52,435 nt of DNA from a virus (IMGVR_UViG_3300010413_000048:1-52435), one strand, 5' to 3'; counted from the first letter of the stretch, positions 8,234 to 16,227 are shown. Translations and numbers: made by a program. Notes: generated from the sequence alone by a model not told the origin.

Positions 8234-9087
8234 ATATGTACTACCAGATCAAAAGTTCCTTTTGGTATTCCCTTGTTTGTTAAGTTTTGATAATAAACAG
8301 TTGCTTTATGCCCAGCTAATTGATCACGAAGATTCCAAAGTCGTTCCTTTTCGTCGTCGTCAAGACCTGCACTGACAGAAAATTCATCGTCTTCTTGTGA
8401 AGATAGAATAATAGAACCAATACGACCCTTTGGAAATCCAGTCTGGGTGTGTTCTTCTTTCCATCCAATAACAGTATATTCATCATCCTTCTTAGGCTTA
8501 AACTTCATCATCCAACGAGATCGTTTGTTATTTTCATAAGGTGCAAAGATATTGCGGATTATTATTCCTTCATATCTCTGTTTAATCACCCAGTCATAAG
8601 TCCTCTTTACTTCATTAAGTTCAGAACAGATCCAATAAGGGGCTATAAATAGAGGTGGTTTGACTATCTCTTTATATTCATTAAGAACTTTCTGTCTTTC
8701 ATATTGGGACAATTTTTCATCCTTAATATCAAAGATATAGAATCCAAGTTCTTTGTAGCGAGGATGGATATTGACTGTGCGACTAGCTATTCCATGAATA
8801 AGTTCATGACCTCCTTCGAGATATAAGTTATGATCATACAGTTCTCCATCCCACTTGAAGTCTGTTCCAAGATTGTTAATAGCTTCTGAAATGTGAGGAA
8901 GTAGAAAGAATGGATTTTCTTCGCTTGAGAGTAGTAAAGAATTTCCATTAGGAAGTGGATCACGCCAGCAACGATCTCCATCATACTTGATATTAACTAT
9001 AAATGGAGGCTCCCAGGATAGAAGACGTTTATCTTCATAAGGATAAGCCTTCATTATGTTTTTCCAGCGTTGGAAATTGTTAGTCAT
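8230..9087 (-). CDS. ATP-dependent DNA ligase
   Basis: Motif I KYDGDR, III DGELY, IIIa YIFD, IV EGIIIR, V MKFK. Confidence 0.92.
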   Translation of the reverse strand: MTNNFQRWKNIMKAYPYEDKRLLSWEPPFIVNIKYDGDRCWRDPLPNGNSLLLSSEENPFFLLPHISEAINNLGTDFKWDGELYDHNLYLEGGHELIHGIASRTVNIHPRYKELGFYIFDIKDEKLSQYERQKVLNEYKEIVKPPLFIAPYWICSELNEVKRTYDWVIKQRYEGIIIRNIFAPYENNKRSRWMMKFKPKKDDEYTVIGWKEEHTQTGFPKGRIGSIILSSQEDDEFSVSAGLDDDEKERLWNLRDQLAGHKATVYYQNLTNKGIPKGTFDLVVHI

Positions 9088-9557
9088 TACTTACACTCCA
9101 TTAACATAGTATATATTGGTTGTGGTTGAGAAGGTTCAGTATATCCTTTGACTCTTTTAACTACCTTACACTGAGTAAATTCTCCTTCTTTTACACGAAA
9201 TTTAAACTTTAAGGAATAATAGTCAATTTTGGTAGGTACGAATACAAAGGTAGGATCTTTTTCATCTCCTTCTATTTTCATTCTCCATAATATATTATAT
9301 TTTATATGGAGTGGCCCAAGAATATTTTCAATAAATTCATCTATTGTTACATTAGATACATGAACTATTACTCCAGGGTCAAAATAACTATCATCTACTT
9401 CTATTTTGACTTCTGCTTTTTCATGTTCAACTAACCATTTTTTAAATCTAAATGAATCTATCATTTTTTGGGCTTCTGACTGTCTTTTACATCTTTCTAC
9501 ATTTTCTGATCTTATAGTTTCAATCCTTTCTTCGAAACTTTTAAGTTCAAGTTTCAT
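9087..9557 (-). CDS. hypothetical protein
   Basis: AAGGAG RBS; TAATG coupling to the ligase. Confidence 0.7.
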   Translation of the reverse strand: MKLELKSFEERIETIRSENVERCKRQSEAQKMIDSFRFKKWLVEHEKAEVKIEVDDSYFDPGVIVHVSNVTIDEFIENILGPLHIKYNILWRMKIEGDEKDPTFVFVPTKIDYYSLKFKFRVKEGEFTQCKVVKRVKGYTEPSQPQPIYTMLMECK

Positions 9558-9578
9558 TTGCTTTTTCTCCTTATTAAA

Positions 9579-9603
9579 AGATAAATAAATTTTTTATATA
9601 TCT
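9579..9603. repeat. 25-bp palindrome, copy 4
   Basis: AGATAAATAAATTTTTTATATATCT; abuts the 3' end of the putative ncRNA. Confidence 0.9.
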
Positions 9604-9605
9604 AA

Positions 9606-9910
9606 TGTCTCCCAAGTAGGAAGCCTGGAAAGTTTTGGATGATAAGATAGAAAAAACATAACTTGTTTCAGGACATTCCCAGTTTCCTAGGCTCTGGCCT
9701 TACTTCCTTACTCCATAATTTCTTTAAAGGTATAATACTTACTTCCATAAGTCTTTACTCCTTTAACCTTTAAATAATGAGAAGTAGTTGGATTTGAACC
9801 AACAACCTCCAGCTCCCAAAGCTGGTGCTCTATCAATTGAGCTATTGATATAGTTCTATCGCTCACTATAGCGTCCTATCTTTGCCAATTTTTATCTCTA
9901 CTTGTAGACA
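9606..9910 (-). ncRNA. putative structured ncRNA downstream of the DIP1984-like gene
   Basis: Ends pair (UGUCU-A-CAAGUAG / CUACUUG-GG-AGACA); nested helix AAGAUAGGA / UUCUAUCUU; contains a tRNA-like domain and a periodic repeat tract. Confidence 0.6.
9780..9857 (-). tRNA. degenerate tRNA-Pro(TGG)-like element
   Basis: D arm GCTC-AATTGATA-GAGC, anticodon arm CCAGC-TTTGGGA-GCTGG, variable loop AGGTT, T arm GTTGG-TTCAAAT-CCAAC. The acceptor stem forms only with a 6-nt insertion, and there is no CCA. Confidence 0.75.
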
Positions 9911-9928
9911 TTATACAGTTTATATAGT

Positions 9929-10438
9929 TTACTCAATTAAATCTGTTATAGCGTTTACTATTTCCAGCTTTGAATCTATAGTAATAGGCTCTGACTGGTA
10001 CATATCAATCTTTTTATCTCTTGTTTCAGGTTCATAGAATCTAACTACTTTCATTTCCATAGGATCACCTGAAGGGGCTCTTACTATTCCTTCTTGGATA
10101 CCTCTATCATGAAGCTGTTTCCACATCTTCAATTCTAGTCCAGCAAGATCTCTTCGTCTATGAATCCATTCAGCTATAGTTTTTCTCACATTGTTTCCAT
10201 TAAGTTCTACTTCTACATAGGTTTCTAGATTAGTTCTTTGAATAGCGACACGTAGACGTAGTATTTCTTTAAGTATATCTGAATGAGACTGAATCCAGCC
10301 TGATACTTTCTTGGTCTGTTCTGGATATTTATCAGTTTCAAGTGATGACCTTGCACAGTTTTGATGTACTAGAGCACACAAGTCATCTGCCTTTCTTTGT
10401 AGGTCTTTTATTTTCTTTAATCCTTCAATTATTTTCAT
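9929..10438 (-). CDS. DIP1984-like (DUF6847) helical protein
   Basis: Family pattern MK(I/L).E.L...DLQRK...L...I.RTN..T...TIAE.I.RR......ID.KL...N..TDL.E. Confidence 0.7.
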   Translation of the reverse strand: MKIIEGLKKIKDLQRKADDLCALVHQNCARSSLETDKYPEQTKKVSGWIQSHSDILKEILRLRVAIQRTNLETYVEVELNGNNVRKTIAEWIHRRRDLAGLELKMWKQLHDRGIQEGIVRAPSGDPMEMKVVRFYEPETRDKKIDMYQSEPITIDSKLEIVNAITDLIE

Positions 10439-10474
10439 TTTAAGTTCCTCAACACCAATTATTTTCTCTAAGTT

Positions 10475-10506
10475 AAAAAGACCTGCAGGGCCAATCCCTG
10501 CAGGCC
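10475..10506 (-). terminator. Rho-independent terminator
   Basis: CCTGCAGGG-attgg-CCCTGCAGG stem-loop followed by TCTTTTT on the minus strand. Confidence 0.8.
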
Positions 10507-10533
10507 ATAATCAAGGAGGTAAGACAATGAGAA

Positions 10534-10917
10534 TTAGGCTGCTTTTGCTGCTTCGGCCCGGAGTTCCTGAACGTAAGCCTTTTTCCCTTCCGGTGAGAGT
10601 GTTGCAAAGTATGCCAGGGCCGCATCTCTGGTTGAGACAGCGGCTTTACTGACAGCGACACCCATCTTGCTAGGGCCAAGACGTGTTTGCATTGCTTCAG
10701 CTGATTCGCCCTTTTCAAGCGCCGATCTGACATTTCCCTGAAGTTTTACCGTAAAGTTAGCCATTGCGTTGGTAAGGACTGCTTCACCACCATACATCTG
10801 AATGGCCTCTTCAATAGTTTCGGGAGCCTGAATGGTTAAGGTTCCGATCTTGTCTTCTGCTCTTCCTTTTGCTTCGTTTTTGGGTAACTTTGCTGTGATT
10901 GTTAGTGCTTTGGACAT
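10534..10917 (-). CDS. hypothetical Ala/Lys-rich protein with its own promoter and terminator
   Basis: AAGGA RBS; promoter at 10983-11012 and terminator at 10475-10506. Confidence 0.75.
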   Translation of the reverse strand: MSKALTITAKLPKNEAKGRAEDKIGTLTIQAPETIEEAIQMYGGEAVLTNAMANFTVKLQGNVRSALEKGESAEAMQTRLGPSKMGVAVSKAAVSTRDAALAYFATLSPEGKKAYVQELRAEAAKAA

Positions 10918-10982
10918 CTTCTTTTCCTTTCATTTTAGAGGTTATTGATTTAAGTGACTCTGAAATTATCGATTATGGATTC

Positions 10983-11012
10983 ATAATAACATATCTATAA
11001 TACGGTTGTCAA
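10983..11012 (-). promoter_or_regulatory. sigma70-type promoter
   Basis: TTGACA-N18-TATTAT with extended -10 TG. Confidence 0.7.
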
Positions 11013-11054
11013 CAATTTTTAATAATTATTTTGATCCTCTTGTGTCGATTTAGG

Positions 11055-11402
11055 TTATTGAGAAAATGCACAAGTTGCTGACGAAAGATTACTCCTGCCG
11101 AGTGTAAGCCTTCCACTCTTTTTTATAATATTCTTTATAGACTCAGTAGTAAGTTCTTCACTTCGAATAATACTATTTATAGCATTTTCAAATGCTTCCC
11201 TATAATATGGTTTTCCTCTTTTATTCCATAAGGGAGACGAAGGCCCATGTAAGCAGTATAAATAATCAGTTCCATCTATAGATGTTATTGTAATGCCTAT
11301 ATCGGGATCACAGTTTATTACTTTAGCCTTTATTACCTTCATATTGGAAAGTATATAATCTATTTCTTTTCCTTCTAATTCTTCATAGTCAATTTCTTCC
11401 AT
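11055..11402 (-). CDS. hypothetical protein
   Basis: AAGGAG RBS. Confidence 0.7.
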   Translation of the reverse strand: MEEIDYEELEGKEIDYILSNMKVIKAKVINCDPDIGITITSIDGTDYLYCLHGPSSPLWNKRGKPYYREAFENAINSIIRSEELTTESIKNIIKKSGRLTLGRSNLSSATCAFSQ

Positions 11403-11418
11403 AGTCTTTCTCCTTTCA

Positions 11419-11443
11419 AGATATATAAAAAATTTATGTATCT
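11419..11443. repeat. 25-bp palindrome, copy 5
   Basis: AGATATATAAAAAATTTATGTATCT; overlaps a stop codon. Confidence 0.9.
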
Positions 11444-11736
11444 ATTTCTTCCTCCAATTCCTCCAACAAAGTCTCAAGTTCATCTTTTGACAAGCTCTTG
11501 GTCAAAGTAACAGTTACTCTCTTCTTCTTTTTTTCCAAAGTTATTATCTCCCTCCTTTCCATTGCAAGAGCATAGTCGGCTTCCTCGAATCGTTTCTTCC
11601 ACCGATCATGCTCTTTCCAATAGCATTTGGTTATCTTTTCAAGTGCTAATAGAACTTGCCAAGATTCATGGCAGCGAGTTTTAGCATTAGCACGGTCGAT
11701 TTCCAGGGATTGAATTTCTTCGGGTGTTAAGGGCAT
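11434..11736 (-). CDS. hypothetical coiled-coil protein
   Basis: AGGAGG RBS. Confidence 0.7.
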   Translation of the reverse strand: MPLTPEEIQSLEIDRANAKTRCHESWQVLLALEKITKCYWKEHDRWKKRFEEADYALAMERREIITLEKKKKRVTVTLTKSLSKDELETLLEELEEEIDT

Positions 11737-12038
11737 AGATTACCTCCTTCTTTTAATAATCTGAGGCTTTCTGTATCTGCCCCATGAATATCTTTAATAC
11801 ATTCAATAGCCTCTTCAAACGTCTTGGTAAATTGATAGTATGGTCTTTCTCCATTGTTCAGTTTGGTTACTGTATCAATTACTGATCTAGTGATTTCTTG
11901 TCTGGCTACTTCAATTCTTTCATTAATAATATCTTCTGGAGTAGCATTGATCAGTATTATATCATCAACTACACTTGACCATATACAATATAGTCCATTA
12001 GGTTGTTTTATTATCTGTTCTCCCATAGTTACCTCCAA
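11727..12038 (-). CDS. hypothetical phage protein (probable start MGEQIIKQPNG at 12026)
   Basis: GGAGGT RBS. Confidence 0.7.
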   Translation of the reverse strand: MEVTMGEQIIKQPNGLYCIWSSVVDDIILINATPEDIINERIEVARQEITRSVIDTVTKLNNGERPYYQFTKTFEEAIECIKDIHGADTESLRLLKEGGNLCP

Positions 12039-12310
12039 ACATAATTCCCATTCTCAAGCAGCCAGCCAGTTGCTTCGACTTCGTCTATGTCGATGTTAAG
12101 TCTTTGACATAGGTCGAGGTGAGTGGCTGGAGTACTTAGAGAATATATATCATTGTGAAGCTTAATGCAGACCTTGGCTACCTTTCCAGAATGTTCTTTG
12201 ACAGTCTTTTTCTTCTTCTCATAATTCCGCTTAGGTGTTATTGTTACTCTTGGTCCATCTATCCTGAGCCACACTGCACCAGTTGATAAGTTACGAATAT
12301 GGACTAGCAT
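12029..12310 (-). CDS. hypothetical protein
   Basis: ORF in operon; AGGAG upstream. Confidence 0.65.
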   Translation of the reverse strand: MLVHIRNLSTGAVWLRIDGPRVTITPKRNYEKKKKTVKEHSGKVAKVCIKLHNDIYSLSTPATHLDLCQRLNIDIDEVEATGWLLENGNYVWR

Positions 12311-12316
12311 TGGTAG

Positions 12317-12574
12317 TTATCTCCTTTTACACATTTGATGGTAAGCTCGACGACGCTGTGATTTCTTAGCTGCACGAACTTCTGAGGCGTGTTTGTGAAG
12401 ACCTCTTCCTGAGTTGGGTGGCCTGTAGGTGTTTCTTATTAGTCCTGGCAATTCAGGACATACCTGCATCATTGCTCCAGATCGACTTGATGTAGGTTTG
12501 AATGCAAGAGCAATTGCTGCAAGCATTGCTGCTCTGTCCATGAATGGATTTCTTCTTAATGTTTTAGTTATCAT
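12317..12574 (-). CDS. hypothetical basic protein
   Basis: GGAGG RBS. Confidence 0.55.
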   Translation of the reverse strand: MITKTLRRNPFMDRAAMLAAIALAFKPTSSRSGAMMQVCPELPGLIRNTYRPPNSGRGLHKHASEVRAAKKSQRRRAYHQMCKRR

Positions 12575-12773
12575 CTTTCTTTACCTCCTGAATTAAATAG
12601 TTATCTTTACTTCCATTAAAGGCAAACATAATAGTTCGTTTGCCGACCTTGGTTCGTCTTGCTATCTGGTTAATAAAGTTAAGGAATACCTTCTCTTTGC
12701 TGGTCGAATGACTGTAGAGGATAAAGTTATGACCGGCGTAGTTGAAGATTCCTTTAAAGAGTTTCTTATTCAT
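12564..12773 (-). CDS. hypothetical protein
   Basis: ORF in operon. Confidence 0.6.
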   Translation of the reverse strand: MNKKLFKGIFNYAGHNFILYSHSTSKEKVFLNFINQIARRTKVGKRTIMFAFNGSKDNYLIQEVKKDDN

Positions 12774-12816
12774 ATCTAACCCACTGGCCAGATGTAAGGT
12801 AAGAATGTTTGCACAG

Positions 12817-13047
12817 TTATTCTCCTTCTACTTCATGAATATGCCAGAAGTGAGTATTTTCATATTCTTCAAACTTGCTTTTGTTATAGGCCTTACCAGA
12901 ACGATGAACTGTATATCCTTTTTTCTCTACTTCTTCGTCTTTAAGGGCCTGCAATCTTAGTTCGGCTTTCTGGCTATTTCCAATCACTGCATATTTTAAT
13001 GCATCATTACAGCATATAACATAGATAGTTTTATTTCCTTTAATCAT
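12817..13047 (-). CDS. hypothetical protein
   Basis: AAGGAG RBS. Confidence 0.65.
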   Translation of the reverse strand: MIKGNKTIYVICCNDALKYAVIGNSQKAELRLQALKDEEVEKKGYTVHRSGKAYNKSKFEEYENTHFWHIHEVEGE

Positions 13048-13066
13048 CTTCTACTCCTTTCTTTTC

Positions 13067-13091
13067 AGATATATAAAAAATTTATATATCT
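13067..13091. repeat. 25-bp palindrome, copy 6
   Basis: AGATATATAAAAAATTTATATATCT (perfect arms). Confidence 0.9.
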
Positions 13092-13212
13092 TACGAATAC
13101 TCAATATTAATAATCATATAGTCATGATCTGCTAAAACTTCTAACATATGAAGATGCTGATGGTAAAAGCGAGTTATGTCAACTACTTCATTTCCTTTTG
13201 AGTCGAGATAAG

Positions 13213-13503
13213 TTATTCGGTACATTTTTTGAGCCTCCTTTCTAATCTTTTAAATTCTTTTAATACTTCTTCTGCTACATATTCTTTAGCAGATATTTGA
13301 TTGGCAGAGCATCCATGTTCACATGTTGGCATATCATCTCTGTCAATCCATCTTCCAAGTTTACTATCAAATGATGAGCCATGTCCGCAGTTTTTATAAT
13401 ATGCGTTACCACAGTTACATATTTGCCTACCTTTAGCATATCTTTTTATAAGTTTTTGAAATGCAGTTGTCATAATTTCTCCTTCTTCTTCCTTCACTTG
13501 CAA
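13213..13503 (-). CDS. Cys-rich hypothetical protein (probable start MTTAFQ at 13473)
   Basis: CNCG...C...CEHGC; AAGGAG RBS. Confidence 0.6.
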   Translation of the reverse strand: MQVKEEEGEIMTTAFQKLIKRYAKGRQICNCGNAYYKNCGHGSSFDSKLGRWIDRDDMPTCEHGCSANQISAKEYVAEEVLKEFKRLERRLKKCTE

Positions 13504-13701
13504 CTTCGTTGCATTGGTTAGTCCTCCCTAATACTCTGATTATCTATTTCTATGTCCATAATATACTGTTCTGACCATAGTAGTTCCTGTTCTTTATTTT
13601 CATCTTCAATCATAACTACTGTTCTTGGTAGTCCTGACTTTTTACTATTATATGTTATCACTAATTTTCTCATACTTCATCCCTCCAGCCTCTTCAGCTA
13701 C

Positions 13702-13893
13702 TTAGTAATAATAAATAGTTTGTTTATAGTTATCTTCAGTAACAATAGGATCTGGTTTATTTACCATATCAGAGGCATCTCCTGTTTCTATGTATTTTCT
13801 TGTTGCCTCTTCCTCTTCTTTAGATAGTCCTCTAAATGTCCAGCCTTTCATTTGTCTTACTCTACATTGAAATGCAGATGGTCTAATTTTCAT
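13702..13893 (-). CDS. hypothetical protein
   Basis: GGAGG RBS. Confidence 0.55.
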   Translation of the reverse strand: MKIRPSAFQCRVRQMKGWTFRGLSKEEEEATRKYIETGDASDMVNKPDPIVTEDNYKQTIYYY

Positions 13894-14152
13894 ACTTCAT
13901 CCTCCCTGCTTCCTCTGCCCACTGACTCCAAGGCTCTTTAATTGTTTCTTGATTGTTTAATAGTGGAACCATCTCTGGATGCCAACACTTCTTATGAAAC
14001 ACTGCACCTGGACAGTTACATTTAGGAAGTTTGGTTGATAAGTTGATTAAATAAGTGAACTTAGACTCCTTATAAATCTCTACAACGGAAGACTGTTCAA
14101 GGAGTCTGAATTCATAGGTTAGGTTTCTGTAGTTGACGGTGAGGAGTTTCAT
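13883..14152 (-). CDS. SWIM zinc-finger protein
   Basis: CNCPGAVFHKKCWH matches CxC-n-CxH. Confidence 0.7.
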   Translation of the reverse strand: MKLLTVNYRNLTYEFRLLEQSSVVEIYKESKFTYLINLSTKLPKCNCPGAVFHKKCWHPEMVPLLNNQETIKEPWSQWAEEAGRMKYEN

Positions 14153-14298
14153 TTCTTTACTATTGAAAATTCTTCTGATGATCTATCAATGCTTACTACT
14201 AAGTTCAGTGTCATTAGAACTTTAAGTAAGTTCCTTGCCTTTCTCTCATCACTTAGCAATCTTTCTAATAATGTAATCTTTGGAAAATTTCCTTTCAT
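14149..14298 (-). CDS. hypothetical protein (probable start MKGNFPK)
   Basis: RBS before the ATG at 14298; the upstream part of the track ORF is occupied by another frame. Confidence 0.5.
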   Translation of the reverse strand: MKGNFPKITLLERLLSDERKARNLLKVLMTLNLVVSIDRSSEEFSIVKK

Positions 14299-14302
14299 GA
14301 TC

Positions 14303-14455
14303 TCACCTTCCTCCTTTCCAAACACAGCTGATCCACAGCCTGTTCTTGCCTTTGGTTTTACTTCCTTCGTAACATCCATCACAGCAATTGAATAATCTTT
14401 CATTGCTATCACGAACAGTCTTATTTGCCTCTGATTGGCAGAAAGAGCATTTCAT
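14303..14455 (-). CDS. small zinc-finger protein, 50 aa, not in the ORF track
   Basis: GGAGG RBS; MKCSFCQSEA...CCDGCYE. Confidence 0.55.
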   Translation of the reverse strand: MKCSFCQSEANKTVRDSNERLFNCCDGCYEGSKTKGKNRLWISCVWKGGR

Positions 14456-14457
14456 AG

Positions 14458-14628
14458 TTAGTCCTCCACTGTGACTGAGAGCAGTTCTCTCACTTTTCCA
14501 CCTTCCCTTGAAATACTTTGAGGAAAGTAAATAACTATTGTTTTGTCTTTGTAGGTATCTTCATACCTATCACCGCCATGCTTTCTTGCCTCTCTTGTCA
14601 ATTTCATTGCTAATGTAGTTTTCATCAT
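14458..14628 (-). CDS. hypothetical protein, 56 aa, not in the ORF track
   Basis: GGAGG RBS; MMKTTLAMKLTREARKHGGDRYE...IYFPQSISR. Confidence 0.6.
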   Translation of the reverse strand: MMKTTLAMKLTREARKHGGDRYEDTYKDKTIVIYFPQSISREGGKVRELLSVTVED

Positions 14629-14629
14629 C

Positions 14630-14875
14630 TTGCCTCCATTAAAAGGTTGTTAAAATTATCCACTGATAAGTTCTCCAATTCCTATCTCTGAGACCTTATA
14701 AAATCCATCCCTTCCACGAACATCAGGTTCATAATATCCACAGTCTGATTCTATTTCATCTGCTACCACTGTGATTACTATTAAATCATCCTGATCTAAC
14801 TTTTGTAATGCCTCAATTAATTCCTTAACTTTCATAACTTTCATTGCCTCCATTAAAGATTGTTAAAATTATCCA
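14630..14875. repeat. ~33-bp direct repeat (14630-14662 and 14844-14875) flanking one gene
   Basis: TTGCCTCCATTAAAAGGTTGTTAAAATTATCCA versus TTGCCTCCATTAAA-GATTGTTAAAATTATCCA. Confidence 0.85.
14656..14844 (-). CDS. hypothetical phage protein (MKVKELIEALQK type)
   Basis: GGAGG RBS inside the repeat. Confidence 0.65.
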   Translation of the reverse strand: MKVMKVKELIEALQKLDQDDLIVITVVADEIESDCGYYEPDVRGRDGFYKVSEIGIGELISG

Positions 14876-14885
14876 TCATAACATT

Positions 14886-14915
14886 ATTATAACACATCTA
14901 CCTCTCACTTGTCAA
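14886..14915 (-). promoter_or_regulatory. strong sigma70-type promoter
   Basis: TTGACA-N18-TATAAT with extended -10 TG. Confidence 0.8.
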
Positions 14916-14950
14916 TAAGATTTGATGAGGTAAAATTTTATCAGATGAAT

Positions 14951-14975
14951 AGATGTATAAATTTTTTATATATCT
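14951..14975. repeat. 25-bp palindrome, copy 7
   Basis: AGATGTATAAATTTTTTATATATCT. Confidence 0.9.
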
Positions 14976-15705
14976 ATAACATCTCCTCCAGTGCTTTATC
15001 ATTAGCCTCTGCTCTCGCTTGTGAATCTTCGAGGTCGATCGCTATTCCATCACCTATATCAATTAAGTGAGAATCTTTCTGGGCATTGGCTTTCTGTTTT
15101 TCAATAGCTTTGTCCCTCTTCTCATTTAATGCTTTATTAGCTAATTCCCTAATCTCTTCCCTACTCCTTCCCATCTGTCTTTCATATTCTTCATCAGTGA
15201 CTCTAACTTTATTAATATTAGTCTCATACACTGGCTGATTCTTAATATCCCTATGATCTTTACATCTTTCAATACTACCAGCCAGTTCCCTTCTCTGCTC
15301 TGTCAGCACTGCATTATGAGTCCTGTTATTTCTACCTCTGGCTCCATAGCCTTCCCTGATCACTATTCCATACTTGATCTTCAGCATTTCCTGTGCATCT
15401 ACTGAATCATCTACCATTTCAACCTCACCACATTTGATTAGATGATCTACAAGGCTTTGAATACCAAGTTGAATAATCTCACTAAGGCGTCTGGTGCGAT
15501 TGTATATGTCTCTATCTAACCACTCACTTAATGTTGCTAGATATCTACTATCCATCCATGCTTGTACAGGTATGTCTTTCTTATATGTCACTGGCTTAAT
15601 TGCACTGCTGCCACAGGTTGAATCTTCCTGCTTAATCCCTGCCCTATACCTCTTCTGTCTCTCACTTGATGTTCTGTCTACTGTCATTATAGTTCTCCTA
15701 TTCAA
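14974..15705 (-). CDS. hypothetical protein with possible ribbon-helix-helix domain
   Basis: IPVQAWMD-SRYLATLSEWL...RLSEIIQLGI strand-helix-helix pattern; probable start MTVDR at 15687 after AGGAG. Confidence 0.5.
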   Translation of the reverse strand: MNRRTIMTVDRTSSERQKRYRAGIKQEDSTCGSSAIKPVTYKKDIPVQAWMDSRYLATLSEWLDRDIYNRTRRLSEIIQLGIQSLVDHLIKCGEVEMVDDSVDAQEMLKIKYGIVIREGYGARGRNNRTHNAVLTEQRRELAGSIERCKDHRDIKNQPVYETNINKVRVTDEEYERQMGRSREEIRELANKALNEKRDKAIEKQKANAQKDSHLIDIGDGIAIDLEDSQARAEANDKALEEML

Positions 15706-15958
15706 CTGTTTCAGTCTTTGAATAATAGTCTATTCTCACAGGAATCTTTGTACCTTTGACCTCATTGAGATATCCTGCTACACCTTTTATTACTCTATTC
15801 TCAGTATTATAATACTTTTTATGTTGTAGTACTTTAGTCAGCGCTTCAAGTATATCTTCTACAGATGCATGATTCTTAAATAATCTTACTGCCCACTGAC
15901 ATAATTCTCCTACATACTCACCTGTCAGACTCTTTAATTTTGGCATAGTTTCCTCCAA
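15698..15958 (-). CDS. hypothetical protein (probable start MPKLK at 15946)
   Basis: GGAGG RBS. Confidence 0.65.
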   Translation of the reverse strand: MEETMPKLKSLTGEYVGELCQWAVRLFKNHASVEDILEALTKVLQHKKYYNTENRVIKGVAGYLNEVKGTKIPVRIDYYSKTETVE

Positions 15959-16198
15959 TTAATGTATTGATATATTGAGTCAATAACCCATTGACCGATT
16001 GACCCATGATGCGATTGGTCTACGTGAGACGGGTGTCGCATTTCAATTCCAGTCCTCCTACAACGTAGTTGTAGTTTGGTTTTAGGTTTTAGGTTTTAAA
16101 TTTTTTTTCTTTCTTTTCTCTCTTTCTCTCTCTCTTTCATCTATGATTGATTTAAAACCGTCCCCGCTTGTCACGTAAACCAATTGCACAATATGCCA

Positions 16199-16227
16199 AT
16201 TATACAATGTGTCAATATCAATGTCAA
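16199..16227 (-). promoter_or_regulatory. consensus sigma70 promoter
   Basis: TTGACA-N17-TATAAT. Confidence 0.85.

Noticed and set aside
8097-8290. Group I intron in the ligase gene
   Set aside because: The segment is short (<200 nt) and I could not identify P7 or other core elements; a recombination scar is the simpler explanation.
9780-9857. tRNA fragment as an attP site
   Set aside because: No integrase is recognised, and the acceptor 3' end, which attP cores normally preserve, is the degenerate part.
10473-10733. 86-aa minus-strand ORF
   Set aside because: It is an alternate frame of 10534-10917 and runs through the terminator.
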